64,000 nt of DNA from Callorhinchus milii (GCF_018977255.1 NW_024704742.1:128528001-128592000), one strand, 5' to 3'; counted from the first letter of the stretch, positions 36,548 to 49,929 are shown. Numbers and translations: made by a program. The notes: generated by a model from the letters alone, not told the origin.

Positions 36548-37256
36548 TGAGTCTTTCCATCTTTCTGTTACTCCTTACAAGCTTACTTGGCTGATAAATT
36601 ATTCTTACTTTTCTGCATTTTCTCTCTGAAAATTTCCATGGGCTTCGCTTTATTGCCTTGCCTTAAAATTTTAGATAGTGCAACATTTTGGAAAATTCTG
36701 CCTTCATTTTAAAAGCTGCTTTTCCTGCTATTCTTAAAAACAATCTTAAAATGTAAGGCAATATACTTAAACTTAAGGTCATAGCTATTGATCAACACTG
36801 CAGTTTTGAGTACTTACTCTAATCTAATCTAAGATATATGCACCGCTACCATTACAGTTTGTATTTAAAAAACACACAATAGTGTGGAAACCAAACAAGT
36901 CACTGAAATACTCTGTACTTACAGAATGTGGCATGTTCTGCATTGCTGACATCCTCTGAGGCACAGCTTTAACATTCTAATTAGACACATTCTCAGGTCT
37001 GTCTCGAATTTAAAGCATCCACTCTCACTTTGGTACACTTGCTTAACAAGGCATTGCAAGTAGGGAAATCATCACTCATTATGGGAACTAGACATCCAAC
37101 CTCCAACCTAATTGTATTACATTGAAATAATACCAAGAACCACTACAGACAGAATAAGATCACACAGAGAAAGATGGCCCAGTTGAAGAAAGAAGAGCTT
37201 GAAGGGTGGTGGGGGCTGGTGTAGGAGATTGTATATGGCCCTTGTTTTATCTAAAC

Positions 37257-37439
37257 TAGGGTGGTCCAACCATTTGGCTGCTGAAGGCCAGATGCCCTAT
37301 TTGAGAAAGGTCTGCGGGCCGCATAAGAAAGATTTCTGTGTTTCTCTTCCGTTTGTGGGTTATGGAGGGAGCTGGTGGACCACATGAAGTAGAGTGGAGT
37401 GGGGCGGATACAATTTGGATCATCAGTTAGACCACCCTG
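37257..37439. mobile_element. Non-autonomous hAT (Charlie-like) MITE
   Basis: TIRs TAGGGTGGTCCAAC / GTTAGACCACCCTG; internal GCGGGCCGCA; left flank ATCTAAAC fits the NTCTARAN target, right TSD degraded. Confidence 0.6.
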
Positions 37440-37680
37440 ATAAGCAAACTTTATTTGAAGGCACAGACTTAGCCTTAGCTTAATTACCATAGCTAAAATA
37501 ATGGGAGCAAGGAACAAATGTAAAATGTATTTGTAAGAGGGTAGATTCATAGCTGGTCAAGAAAATAATACAGTACAGTTCTACGTTTCTGATAAAAGAA
37601 GTTAATTATAAGTCACATGAGGTGATTCATTATGACCTTCACATTTCTGCATGGTCTTGCCTCATCTTTTCTATCCCGAT

Positions 37681-38015
37681 GGGGTCCTGTAGCTTAGTGG
37701 TTAGAGCATTCACCTCACAAGCGAGAGGCTCTGGGTTTGATTCCAGGCAGGGCAAAACATTGGGCAAGTTTCCTTACTCCACACGCTTCTGTTTACCTAG
37801 CAGTAAGTAGGCGCCCAGTTGTTAGTAGATCGGCGGATCATTTTTCCGGGGGTAATAATGAATTCAACCAAAAAATTTGGTCACTTAATCCACGACTGTT
37901 TGTGGGACACTGCTGTGTGCAATTGACTGCTGTGTTTCGCCCACAAAATATACAGTCAACTCACTTTACAGTATATTCTGTGAAGCGCTTTGAGCCGTCT
38001 CAAGGATTATTATCA
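37681..38015 (+). mobile_element. tRNA-derived SINE, long subfamily
   Basis: Head, CTGTTTACCTAGCAGTAAGTAGG module and body. Confidence 0.92.
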
Positions 38016-38443
38016 TGAAGAATAGTGTCTCGGAGTGCTGATGAGGTTGTATGGGGAGAAGGGAGCGGTTATCATAGATGTGGTCAAAGAGGGCAATTTA
38101 AATTGAGAATTGAAAATAAATAAGAAGGGCAAAGTGGAGGCAGGCTTTGATTTTTTAAAAGCAATTCAAGAATAATTTACTAGAATCACCTTCAGCATAT
38201 GGACAGGGACAGCAGTGTGGCAAAGGAGATCCCAGACAGATCAGCAATCTTTGATTTCAGATACGAGTGAGACAGATGGATAAGTTGATTCAAACGTTTT
38301 AAGTGTTTCAAAGCGAGAAGGATAATTTGATAAAGGCCGCACAGTTACTGACCAAGCACATTTTGGGGTTTCTTTTGATAAAAAAATATATTGAGGGTGA
38401 TGCAAAAAAAGAAGCTACATGGAAGCTAACATTGTACCTTGCA

Positions 38444-38565
38444 TAATAATAATCCTTGCGTTTGATATAGCATCACGTCATTGAGACGTCTCAAAGCGCT
38501 TCACAGAATATACTGTACAGTGAATTGACTGTATATTTTGTGAGTGAAATATGGCAGCCAATTAC
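38444..38565 (-). mobile_element. SINE 3' fragment
   Basis: Tail and body. Confidence 0.85.
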
Positions 38566-38585
38566 GGTTACAATTACATCATCAT

Positions 38586-39357
38586 CAACAACAACAACTT
38601 GGATTTATATAGCGCCCTCCACGCCGGACGGCATTTCAGAGCGCTTCACAGCAATGATCCCGATGCCGAGCCGGGGGGAGGGGGAATAAGGTGACCAAAG
38701 GCGGGGTTGAAAAGAAAGGTCTTCAGCCGAGACCTGAAAATAGGAAGAGAGGGGGCAAGGCGAAGGGAGTGAGGAAGGCACGACCACCAATGGTGGAGCG
38801 GAGGATTCGGGGGACGAGGAGGAGGCCCGACCCGGTGGAGCGAAGGCAACGGGCACTGTTGTGAGAAGAGAAGAGGTCAGAGAGGTAGGGGGTGCAGAGG
38901 AGTGGAGGAATTTGAAGACAAGAGTGAGGATCTTGAAGTTGATCCTCTCTGGGATAGGCAGCCAGTGCAGTCTGGCAAGGACTGGGGTAATTGGAGAGTG
39001 GAGTTTGGTGCGGGTGAGAATGCGGGCGGCAGAGTTTTGGATGATTTGGATTTTATGGATGGTGGAGGGGAGACCGGCGAGAAGGGCGTTTGAATAGTCC
39101 AGATGAGAGGTGACAAAGGCATGGACCAAGGTTTCAGCAGCTTTTAGAGTGAGGTATTGGCAGAGACGGGCGATGCGTCAGAATTGAAAGAAAGCGGTGC
39201 TGGTGAGGGACCGGATGTGGGGGAGGAAGGATAATTGGGGGTCGAACCTGATGCGTAGGTTGCACACGGTTTCGGAGAGTTTTAGGGGGAGGTCGGGTAG
39301 GTGGAGGGAGTGAGAACCATGTGATTTTAGATGTTGACAAACTGTCTTGTCAACATG
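38586..39357 (-). mobile_element. L2 3' fragment (type B; same family as 59238-60871)
   Basis: LVHAFVTSHLDYSNALL.GLP...LHWLPIPERINFKIL; tail ATATAGCGCCCTCCACGCCGGACGGC. Confidence 0.93.
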
Positions 39358-40314
39358 TCTCATTTACACAGTTAGTATGGACATGGTTGATAACTGGTTC
39401 CATTTTGGAATACAATACAAGTTTACATTTTTACTGTACCTTTCATGTCGGGAAGATGTCGTAAGATGCTTTGGAATTACTGGCTTGGCATCCGAGCTGG
39501 GGGTGAGAGCCAAGCAGGGCAGGGGAGGTAAAAATGACTGCTTTGTGGAGCGTAGTGTGGGAAAGGACACAAGCTGCCGAGTTCTGGACACTCTGCATGG
39601 TCTGCATCCTTCTCTAATCCTCAAGTACTGTTCCCACTTCAAATGATTCCCTGAAGATATCCAGCATAATGTGTCCAATTTCACTAGCCACTTCTTGATG
39701 CCTCCTTATGTGTAGCCCATCTGGTCCCAATGTCTCATTGTCTTTAAGTGTCCTTCCTCTGTATCATTTCCTTGTTTGTGATCGCCATTCATTTTGCAGG
39801 CTCATAGTTGCCTCCTGAACTCCTTTAACCTTTTTGCTTCCACAGCTTTCCTTGGCAATTTGTCAAACCCCTTAGGTAAAATAACGTTCCACCTGACTTT
39901 CAACTTATTCTTAACTTTCCATCAGTTTTTAAGTTGCAGTCCTGTTTACTTGAATCATTTGCCACAGGAAACCATTTGCTTGGATCAGCTTTTTATAAAT
40001 CCTTTTCATTTTGTGTCTCTTCATTGCCTTTCCCCTTTGACACTTCCAACTTCCAGCTGGGAGATTAAGTGGATGGTGCTGTCAACTTCTGTTCAGCTCC
40101 AGTACCTATGCTGGATACTATATTAATGGAAATCTGCTTCAAGATAGAGTCGAACTGAGCTCCGTTTTTATCTAGCCTGGAACGGACTGCCAGTGGTCCG
40201 GTTAGACAATGATGAATGATAGTGGAAATACAACAACCAGAAGTCAGAAAATCTAGAGTGAGCTGTTTGTTTTTAAGTAAAGAGAGAAATAACTTGCCCT
40301 TTTTTAGCACCTTA

Positions 40315-40875
40315 CAACAACAACAACTGGCATTGATATAGCGCCCCTCATGCAGCGCAGCACGTCCTCATGACGTGAAAGGTACTATACAAATATAATT
40401 TGTTGTTATCGTCCCATAGCACTTGACAATGGCGGAGCACAATGCCGAGCCGGTGGGAGGGGGAGGTGACCGTAGGCACACTCAAAGAGGAAGGACTTCA
40501 GGCAAGTTCTGGGGATGGAGGGAGCAAGGAGAGGGATAGAGGAAGAGTATTCCCGAGTTTCGGGGCATAATAGCTGAAAGTGCGGAGGGCATAAGGGATT
40601 TGCAGAAGGCCGGAGTCAGTCCAGCGGCGGCTGCGGGTTGTGGGTTGGGGTAAACAGGTCGGAGATGTAGGGAGGTGCCAGGGCATGAAGGGATTTGAAA
40701 ACGAGTGTCAGGATTTTCAAATCAATCTGTTTGGCGATGCGGAGTCATTGGAGCGTGGCTAGAACTGGTGTGATGGGGGTACGGAGTTTAGTGTGGGTGA
40801 GTATCCGGATCAGCTGGATTTTGTGGATGGTGGAGCTGAGGAGACTGGTGAGGAGGGCATTTGAATAGTTGAGGC
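40315..40875 (-). mobile_element. L2 3' fragment (type C) with an opposite-strand tail-only insertion at ~40361-40410
   Basis: FSYYAPKLGNTLP remnant; (CAA)n end. Confidence 0.8.
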
Positions 40876-41014
40876 ACCTTAGCATGTCAAACCATTTTGG
40901 TTTTCTGCTTTTCTGCTTTTATGTTGACTGGGGCAGATCCTACTTAAAGTAAAATCGCAGCTATTTGCACTAGCAAAGTTCCACATATGTGAAGCGGATG
41001 AGCAATTCTTCTGG

Positions 41015-41350
41015 AGCATTGTTCGCCAGAAGGAACTCCCATCCCTTTTCAAATAGTGCGTCAGGATTTCTAAATTGACCTGAAAAGAGGGAGACTGGAC
41101 CTCAGTTTCAGTGTCTCATCTGATAGACAATAAATCGAACAATGCATTGTTTTTCCAGTGTTGTACTTACTTGAAGACTTTATGTTTTGACCATGACTAT
41201 GGTCACCGCCCTATCTACTTGTCTCGGTGTCAAACAATGCCAATTGTTCAGTGCTCCAAAATGGGCACAATATAAATGCAAGATGTTGTTACTTTGGATT
41301 TGAATTTGCAATCCTCTGATCTGGAGCCAAGTGCTGCCAACTGAGCTAAT
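41015..41350 (-). mobile_element. Old DeuSINE
   Basis: TCAAATAGTGCG..AGGATTT...TCTCATCTGA. Confidence 0.6.
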
Positions 41351-41529
41351 CTAAACATATAGCTAGTCAAGCATTGGAGGTTAAGCATTTTAAATATTTG
41401 CTTGCATGTACTATTACTCTCAAGTATAGGAAAGGGAAAGGCAGTCTTGATTACTGTCCTGGTTAGGATGGTTGTCAGTTACCAAAGAAACAATTACTTT
41501 CCACTTTGAGAACTTAGTACTAGCTATTA

Positions 41530-41760
41530 TTAGCAATAGGACATGGTCTGCAGAGTTCTGCACAGTCTGCAGCAAGGTTGTGGAGGGAAGAGTTGAGCAG
41601 TCCAGAGAGTTGCCAAGCCTGGATTTGAAGAATGCATGGATTAGGATCTTAGCAACCTGAGGGGAGAGGTAGTGGCAGAGGTTCACAGACTGGGGGGGAA
41701 AGCTGAGTGGGTTAGAGCATGGATGAGGGGTTTGCGGGGCAGTTAGGAATCGAACAGGAC
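41530..41760 (-). mobile_element. Old L2 fragment
   Basis: NLCHYLSPQVAKILIHAF.KSRL...LQTVQNSA. Confidence 0.7.
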
Positions 41761-43631
41761 AGCGAGGTTCTGCATGGTTCTGCAAGCAAAAGCAAAGCAC
41801 AGTTCTGCCTGATGCTCAGTTTGCAGTACATGGAGCAAAATATGCAGTAGATTTAGACTGTTGTTTTCCTTATTTAATAAACATTTGGTAATGACCAGCA
41901 CCCCTCTCCAGGTAAATGATTTGTTCCTCTCATTTTGTTTGAGTCACAGGTGAGTGTTTTTCAAATTTGTAAATGATTTGCCCTACATCGGGCTTTAAGT
42001 TGTGCTTTGGTAAATTGCACTTTGCCATCATTATTGATCTCCTGAGAGACACAGAATCTGTGCAATCTACAGCCAAAAAGCAAACTTTCAACATTCAGCC
42101 TGGAGGCTTTGGCCAAGTACTAATTAAATATTCATTTGGCAGATTAGAGCACAGATTTAAACCCTCCTCCACCGAGAAAGTACTATTTAACAAAACAAAA
42201 TGACATGGAACTTGACGGTGGGCCTGAAATGTACATTAAAAAAAATGGCCAGAATACCAACAACCACAATGACAACAACTTGAATTTATAAAGTACCTTT
42301 CAGGCGGAGTAGCGTCCCGGAGCACCAGGAGGATAGCTATTAAATATATACCTTCACATGCAGACAGAACCTTGGTTTACTTTATTACTAGGACCCTAGA
42401 CTCATTTAAAAAGCAGCTTGATGCTCTGATGGCTGAGTATTTCAGAGGGATGAGTCAAAAGAGCTTTTTCATCCAAACCAACCTTATGATCTTATGAATG
42501 CTTAATAGTATCAGGTAAAATACAATACCTAGCAGGTATTGTGTTTTCGGAGTGGTAGTGCATTGGGTTTCACCCTTATGATTATGAGTTTGAGGCGCCA
42601 AAGTTACAAAAGGTTTGAATACCAGATGTGTCCAGTCTCTGGAGCCTCTGGACCTTCGATCTGATGCCAATTCTAGCTTTGACTTCAAAGGTTGACATCA
42701 AACACTCATTTATTTCTTTGTCAAGTAGCTATTCAATTCCCCCCCACATCCCCACACCCACGTTTGCTCACATGATTTGGATGAAACAGTCTGCTCGCAT
42801 CTACATCATCTGATTCTCTGAGAAGCGCTCTGAAACGCTGTCTGCTCTGAAGGGCGCTATATAAATGCAAATTGTTGCTGTTGTTGTCTCCTATTAGTCA
42901 GAAACCTGGATCTTCTCTTCAACATAAAGAAGCTCCAAGGAACCTCTCTTCATAACTTGAATCAGAATGTATGGTATCAAAAAAAAACAAGATTGACTGG
43001 CCATTACCATAGTAAAATAAAATCTGAAAACAATATTCTATTCTATCTCATTCCCAGCAATCCATTTCTGGGCCAAATCACTATGTAATTCACTCTGGTC
43101 TTTGTTGACTCAATCTGTCTTCAACATCTCCCTGGGTAATTCATTCTAGGATAAATAGGATAAATGCTCTACTGTTTCCAGGCATATGTCTCATTCCTAC
43201 TTTGAATAATGAGGCACAGTTGATATCCTCAGGTTCTCTGGTAGAGCTTCCGCATTCATAGATCAACTACAAATATTAACCAGATCCTCAGCCATTTCTT
43301 CTCCTATGGCTTGGTTGCAATAAAATCATCAATGCATTTATTTCTTTGTTTCTTTCTTTTGTTATCTGTTTGTTTATGTGTTTATTTGTTTAGACCAGCC
43401 AAGTGTCTGACACACACAGAAACCCATCGCCACTCTTCAGAATATCCAGACTAAGCTACTGAAGGCTTCACACACGGATGGGAATTTTTGTTTGTCTGGA
43501 ACGGATTATGCATTTCCTGTCTGAGGGGCATACTCTGCTCACCTTATCACCAGAGAATATTAGGCCCAGGTTGGCAAAAATCAAGACTTGGGATCTCCAG
43601 ACCTCAGGTGGTGGGGTTAATACTGGACTTT

Positions 43632-43830
43632 AATAATAATAACAATAATAATAATAATAATCCTTGCATTTGATATAGCGCCTTATCATATCTTTGATAC
43701 ATCTCAAAGTGCAACACAGAATATATTATAAGTGAATTGATTGTATATTTTGTGGGCAAAACCCGGCAGACAATTGTGCACAGCAGCGTCCCACAAACAG
43801 TCGTGGATTGAAGTGACCTATTTATTATCA
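43632..43830 (-). mobile_element. SINE 3' half
   Basis: (AAT)n tail plus body. Confidence 0.88.
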
Positions 43831-44199
43831 TTAATTATTTTTATTTATTATTATTTGTTTATTATCCAGGTAAAACCTCACATATTGCCATTATAAACAT
43901 TGGTGGCAAACTTCCTCTTGTGTATCCAGCTAGGACCACATTAGGGCTTTGTCTTCCATGGTTAACAAGAAGGATTCCCAGCAGTCATTGAAACATTTAG
44001 GAGTTGTTTCCCCTTTGGAAGTTTACTGACTAGCGAGCGAGCATATTTGATTCTCCACTGATCATGATCACATTGAACAAACTAGGAAATGTCACAAATT
44101 TATCCCTTATTTTATTTAAATGATACTGCACTCACCATTTGTATTCTGTGGCCAGATCATTGCATTAGCTTGACCTGCTTGGTACCAATAAACTCAATA

Positions 44200-44350
44200 C
44201 AACCCCTGTCACATCAATCAAAAGGGAAGCCTGGTATTTCTGCGTAATTCACAAGTCAAAGTGAAATTCTGTCAATCACACCCACTGCTTTGATCAATGC
44301 CATAGTTTTCATTGGTTTCCATTCTGTTCAACACCATCCATCAATTGGCC
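44200..44350. promoter_or_regulatory. Candidate TALE/HOX-dependent enhancer
   Basis: CTGTCA 44206-44211, ATCAATCA 44213-44220, CTGTCAATCA 44269-44278, CTTTGAT 44288-44294, CCATCCATCA 44334-44343. Confidence 0.5.
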
Positions 44351-44639
44351 AATTCGAGTACCAGAGCAAACTTAAATTGCTGGTTGGCAGCAAAACGATT
44401 GAAGTGTTTGAAAATGGGCTAATTTTTAAAAACCCTGGAAGGAGTGATGCTAAAAGCCAAGCACTAGGTTAGGTTTCCTCAGTCCTCTCCCTCCACATTT
44501 TTCAGTGACTATTATTGTAATCTGTACAGCTGAAGGAATGGAGAGAAATTACTCCGTTGTTTCCTTCCATCTCCTAAAAACTATGCTAACACAGACTATG
44601 AAAAGATGAACATATTTTTAAATCCTTGTTCTTCACACA

Positions 44640-44995
44640 TAACAATAATAATATCTTTGATAAAGTGCCTTATCACAACAGTGAGACATCTCAAGACACT
44701 TCATGGAATATTTTGTAAAGTGATGTGACCATGTGTATTTTGTGGGCAACATGGAAGCCAATGCCCCACAAACTGCTATGGGGTGAGTGATCAATTTTAT
44801 TCCACCTTCTCTTCCCAACTAACCAATTTAATAATAATCCTTGCATTTGATATACTGCCTTATCATGTTTTTGAAATATCTCAAAGCACTTCAAAAATTA
44901 ATTGACTATATATTTTGTGGGCGAGATGCAGCAGCCGATTGCGCACAGCAGCGTCACGCAAACAGTCTTGGATTGAATGACCAAATTATTATGAT
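44640..44995 (-). mobile_element. Two tandem SINE 3' halves
   Basis: Tails at ~44645 and ~44830. Confidence 0.8.
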
Positions 44996-45943
44996 TGTTA
45001 TTAAACACCATTCCCGACTTCAACTAATTCCTGCGATTAGCTTCCCATGTTTCAGAGCAGGGATCTTTCAAGTCAGCTGTGACATACTGTGGGTTACAGA
45101 CAGGATTCTCCATGAGTGAACTTGGGCTGCTTTCAGTGAATTCTATTACGAACTGCAGCCCTTTCAACTACAATCTCTTCACTCTACATTGAAAGTCAGA
45201 TATAATAGAGCTCCCCCTGATTCTCCTGCAGCTTTTACCAGGTCTGTTCTCAATATATGGACAAGACTAGCTTGTGTCTGCATTATTTTCATTTTCATAA
45301 ATGAAAAGAGTCAGTGTTTGTGGGAGTCTTATTATGAATAATGTGGGCACAGCCTCATATTCTCCTGTAAGGTCTATAACAAACCCGCAGGCTCTATTGA
45401 AATATTCAGTATATTTCTATTGATGTTGGTTATCACTGGATATGCCCAAGTGGGATATCAAACAGATTGCATTTATACTTAAGAATTTCATTTATACTTA
45501 AGGTGTGAAAAGTCAGTCAAAATTACATAAATGGTGATTTATTTTGCTTTGCAATGGGGAGTGACATAATGTGTCATGATGTGAGCACCTCTTGCAATGA
45601 CTCACATACAGGTCACCAGGTTGAATTCCAACAGCCTAGTCTTATAACAGCAATTTGTATTTATCTAATGCTGTTTGTATAGCATAAATGTCTTGAGATG
45701 CTTTATAAAGACAATGTGAATCACTCAACAGGGAGCAACGGAGCGGTAGTTTGAAGATATTGACTGAACAAAGAGATAGGCTTTTAAGAAGGTTTTGAAC
45801 GCAGGGACAAAAGATACAAGGCAAATGTATTTTCAGAAGGAGTTCCAGAGAATGGGGACATGGAAGCTGAAATTTTATGTGTCGGAGTCATTGAGGAACA
45901 AGCAGTAGATTAGAGTTGAAGGAGTAGAGAGTTTGGGCGAGGC

Positions 45944-46257
45944 AATAATAATAATAATCCTTGCATTTGATATAGCGCCTTATAACGTATTCTAGAGGTC
46001 TCAAAGTGCTTCACAAAATATACTGTGAAGTGAATTGACAGTATGTTTTGTGGGCGAAACATGGCAGCCAATTGCGCACAGTCGTGGATTGAGTGACCCA
46101 ATTTGTTTTTTGATTAACAACCAGATTCCTACTTACTGCTAGGTAAACAGAGGCGCGTGGAATAGGGAAACTTGCCCAACAGTTCACCCTGCCGGGAAAC
46201 AAATCCAGGTCTCTCGCTTGCAAGGCGAGTGCTCCAACCACTAGGCTACAGGACTCC
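45944..46257 (-). mobile_element. tRNA-derived SINE, long subfamily
   Basis: CCTACTTACTGCTAGGTAAACAGAGGCG module; head CTACAGGACTCC. Confidence 0.92.
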
Positions 46258-46560
46258 GATTCAAGTTCAAGCTCTTCCAAAGAGCCAGCACAGGCACGAT
46301 GGGTCAAATGGCTTCCTTCTGTGTTCTATTAATCTATGATTCTAAGTGATGGACACTACATAAATATAAATTGTTGCTGTTGTTGTTGTACATTTCAGAA
46401 ACAAAAGTTAGAGTTTCTTAGAGGCTGGCTGATTCATTACTCCCTTTAAACTAGTGGAGGGGGACATGGGCACCTGAAATTAGCTAGTAAGTATTTTATC
46501 TTAATATTTAGTATCATGCCGAACGGTGGAAAATGCAGTCAGGATATATTTGTGAGTGTG

Positions 46561-46913
46561 ATAATAATAATAATCCTTGCATTTGATATAGCACCTTATC
46601 ACATCATCAAGACATCTCAAAGCACTTCACAGCTATACTGTTTGTGAATTGACTGCAAATTTTGTGGGAGAAATGCGGCAGCCAGTTGTGCACAGCAGTG
46701 TCCCACAAACAGTTGTGGGTTGAATGACCAAATTTTTTAAAAAAGGATTGTTACCTCCGGAAAGCGATCAACCAATCAACTTTACCTTACTGCAAGGTAA
46801 ATAGAGGTGTGTGGAGTAAAGAAACTTGCCCAAGGTTTCGCCCCATAGGTAATTGAACTTGGGTCCTCTCGCTGGCGAGGCAAGCATGCTAACCACTATG
46901 CTGCAGGACTCCA
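46561..46913 (-). mobile_element. tRNA-derived SINE, long subfamily
   Basis: Complete from head to tail. Confidence 0.9.
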
Positions 46914-47009
46914 CGTGAGTGAGTGGGAGTATTTGTGAATGTTAATAAGAAGAATTTAGAAACCATTTAGAAATGACTTCTTAAGAGTAATTTAAACTGT
47001 AATAAATAA

Positions 47010-47232
47010 TATTAATATTACTTGCATTTAATGTAGCCCCTTATCACATTGTTGAGATGTCTCAAAAGGCTTCACAGGATTGTAAAAATAATTGTAATAA
47101 AGTAGATTGACCGTATATTTTGTGGGCAAAATGCGGCAACGGGTTGTGCACAGCAACATCCCACAAACCAGAGCGAGTGACCAATTTTATTTAGGGGATG
47201 CTTGGCCGGGACACCAAGAGAAACTTTCTTCT
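47010..47232 (-). mobile_element. DeuSINE/SINE 3' part
   Basis: Tail, shared body, and GGCCGGGACACCAAGAGAAACT. Confidence 0.7.
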
Positions 47233-47751
47233 CTATAGTTGGCAAGGCCTATTCCAGCCCAGTCAGCACCAAGGTAGATGATGCCATACTGACCTGCACA
47301 TTCTGACTGCCTGACAGGTACCCAAGTCACACCTTGGATGAGATCAAGTCCAGGTGAGTGACGTTACTCTAATTAAACTCACATCCTCACTGTCTGCACC
47401 TGCTCCTAGAATGTAGGAGCTGTAAATGAAGGAGACGATAGAAACGTATTGCAAATTCAATAGAAGAGAACACTTCCATAAGGATCAGACATTTCACATT
47501 GAATGACCCCGCCAAGCTTAGAAAGCTAACTAATCAAACCTTGCTAGTTGCAAATTTTAAATCAATAATCACACAATCTTTATTTTTACTGAAATTCCAT
47601 TCCATTTTGTACATTTTGCTCAACATTGCATTAATGCTCCACTTTAAAGTTACATTTAGTTTAATCAAATTTCAACAAAGTTGTTAATGTCTGTGTTTTC
47701 ATTTCAAAAGTTATAAATATTGCAGAAGTTGTAAAAATATTCAACTTTATC

Positions 47752-48003
47752 CTTGTGTCCCACAAACAGACTTAGATTCAGGACCCAAATTATTATTATT
47801 GTATTATTTACTTTTTGGAGCGATTATTACCCCCCGGAAAAGCGATCCAGCAATCAACTAACAACCGGGTTCCTACTTACTGCTAGGTTAACAGAGGTGT
47901 GTGGAGTAAGGAAACTTGCCTAAGGTTTTGGGCTGCCTGGGAATCGAACTTGGGTCCTTTCCCTTCCAATGCAAGTGTTCTATCCACTACGCTATAGGAC
48001 TCT
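47752..48003 (-). mobile_element. tRNA-derived SINE, long subfamily, 3'-truncated
   Basis: Module and head present. Confidence 0.88.
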
Positions 48004-48009
48004 AAAATC

Positions 48010-48370
48010 CAGTGCAGTGCCAGCAGAACACTGCACTTTTGCAACAACAACAACAAAATTACATTTATAGAGCACCTTTCACGTCGGGAGGACATCCCAA
48101 GGCGCTGGATGCCTTCCTTCAGATGAGATATTAAAATGAGATCCCATCTGCCTGGTCAGATGGGCATTAAAGATCCCATAGCAGTATTTGAAAACAGAAG
48201 ACAGTTTGTGCTGACCAACAACTTTCACCTTCTAGCTACTTGTGCGACATTGCTGTGCGTAAATTAGCTGCGTATTTGCTTGCAAATGTACCTTAACTAC
48301 ACTTAACAGAAGTTACTGTAAATCATTTTGAGATACATCAACAAGATAAGGCATTACTTCAAATGCAGGC
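48010..48370 (+). mobile_element. DeuSINE interrupted by a tail-only L2 (48042-48108, minus)
   Basis: CCTTCAGATGAGATATTAAA...ATCTGCCTGGTCAGATGGGCATTAAAGATCCCAT. Confidence 0.75.
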
Positions 48371-49610
48371 AATGTTATTTTACTGCCATTGCAACAGTTT
48401 TTCCCATCACTAAAAAAAAATGCCCAGCTGAAGTAAAATGCGACTTAATCAGACAAATCCTTTAAATGATAACTGCAAGGTTTTTTATTCAACGAGAGTC
48501 TCAACACATGATATAAAATGCAAAACTAATCCACACTTGATGTGCCCTTTCCTTAAATTTCCAAGCTCTTTATAATAAATCAATAGCTGATGAATAAAAT
48601 TTAAAGCTGTTTACAAGGTAGATGCTGCTGTTTAAATAAACACAATCAATAATCTTGTCTGTAGTACGTGGGAGTTATTCTGCTCTGCCTAGCAAATTCC
48701 TTGATCTGCTCTCTCTTCGGGATGCTTAGCAAATTTGGCCTGTGGGCTTGTAAATGAATGTAAGCACTGTACATTTTAATAGTGTCATTTTGATTTTACA
48801 TTTATATACTCTGCAACTCCTATTTTAAAATTGTGTTATTTAGAAGTTCTGGTGTGTGTGTGTGAGGGCAGGGAATTTGCTAAATGTGCTATACGAAGCA
48901 GGAATGCAAGTAGCTCACTTGAACAAAAATACAGTCACTAGAGTGAATTCTGTGAAGCGCTTTGAGACATTCTCTCCATGGGAAACGTGCTCTATCAAAA
49001 ATGCAAGGATGACTGTTATCATCATAAATCAGCATAAGAACAAGCTTCTGGTGCCAGGGCATGTCATGTGCAAAGGTGCACACATTTAATTTTCTTTTAA
49101 CTCTAAGTTAGTGCTAATCTTCAATCAAAATAGTCTTCGTATTTTTTGATCAGCTGGGATTCTGCACAAGTGGGAACTGATCCCCCTTAAGACTATCCAA
49201 ACTAGACTGAGAGTTCCATGCATGCCACCTACACATGGAAATTCCTGTGTTTGGAATGGAATGGGCACTCTTCCTGGAACAGGGCACATGTTGCTTACCT
49301 CATCTGGAGAGTATTAGGTACGGGTTTGGCAAGATCCAAGGCTTCTGGATACCAGAGTTGGAGTTATTGCTGGAGTTTATCAAACTAAAACAGTATAGCA
49401 TACTATTAAAAGCATTGTTTGGCAAGCTTTTCTACTGATGCCCTCATAGATTGGAAGGTAACACTTGCCTACCTATTAGGGCTTTGGCTTGCAGAGTTAA
49501 TGGGAACTGAAAGGAAATAAAATCTATGGCCCTAGTAGCAGGGATTCTTTCCATTGGTACTTACAAAAGTAATAATTGTTATTATTATTTTTCACTATGT
49601 GACACAGAAT

Positions 49611-49929
49611 GAGTCCTGTAGCTCAGTGGTTAGAGCACTCGCTTTGCAAGCTAGAGACCTGAGTTCAATTCCAGGCAGGGCGAAACCTTGGGCAAGTTTC
49701 CTTACTCCACACGCCTAATAATAATCCCTTCAAAAAACCAAAAACAATAATTAAATTGGTCATTTTCAATCTACGACTGTTTGTGGGACATTGCTGTGCG
49801 CAATTGGCTGCCGCGTTCGCCCACAAATATACAGTCAATTCACTTTACAGTGTGGTCTGTGAAGCGCTTTGGGACGTCCTCCCGACGTGAAAAGAGCTAT
49901 ATCAAATGCAAGGATTATTATTATTATTA
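49611..49929 (+). mobile_element. Full-length young SINE, short subfamily
   Basis: Intact A/B boxes; tail GGGACGTCCTCCCGACGTGAAAAG. Confidence 0.95.

Noticed and set aside
39331..39356. 10-bp inverted repeat ATGTTGACAA/TTGTCAACAT
   Set aside because: Largely explained by a GTTGAC...GTCAAC pair native to this L2 family (see ~60042-60082), brought closer by a small deletion
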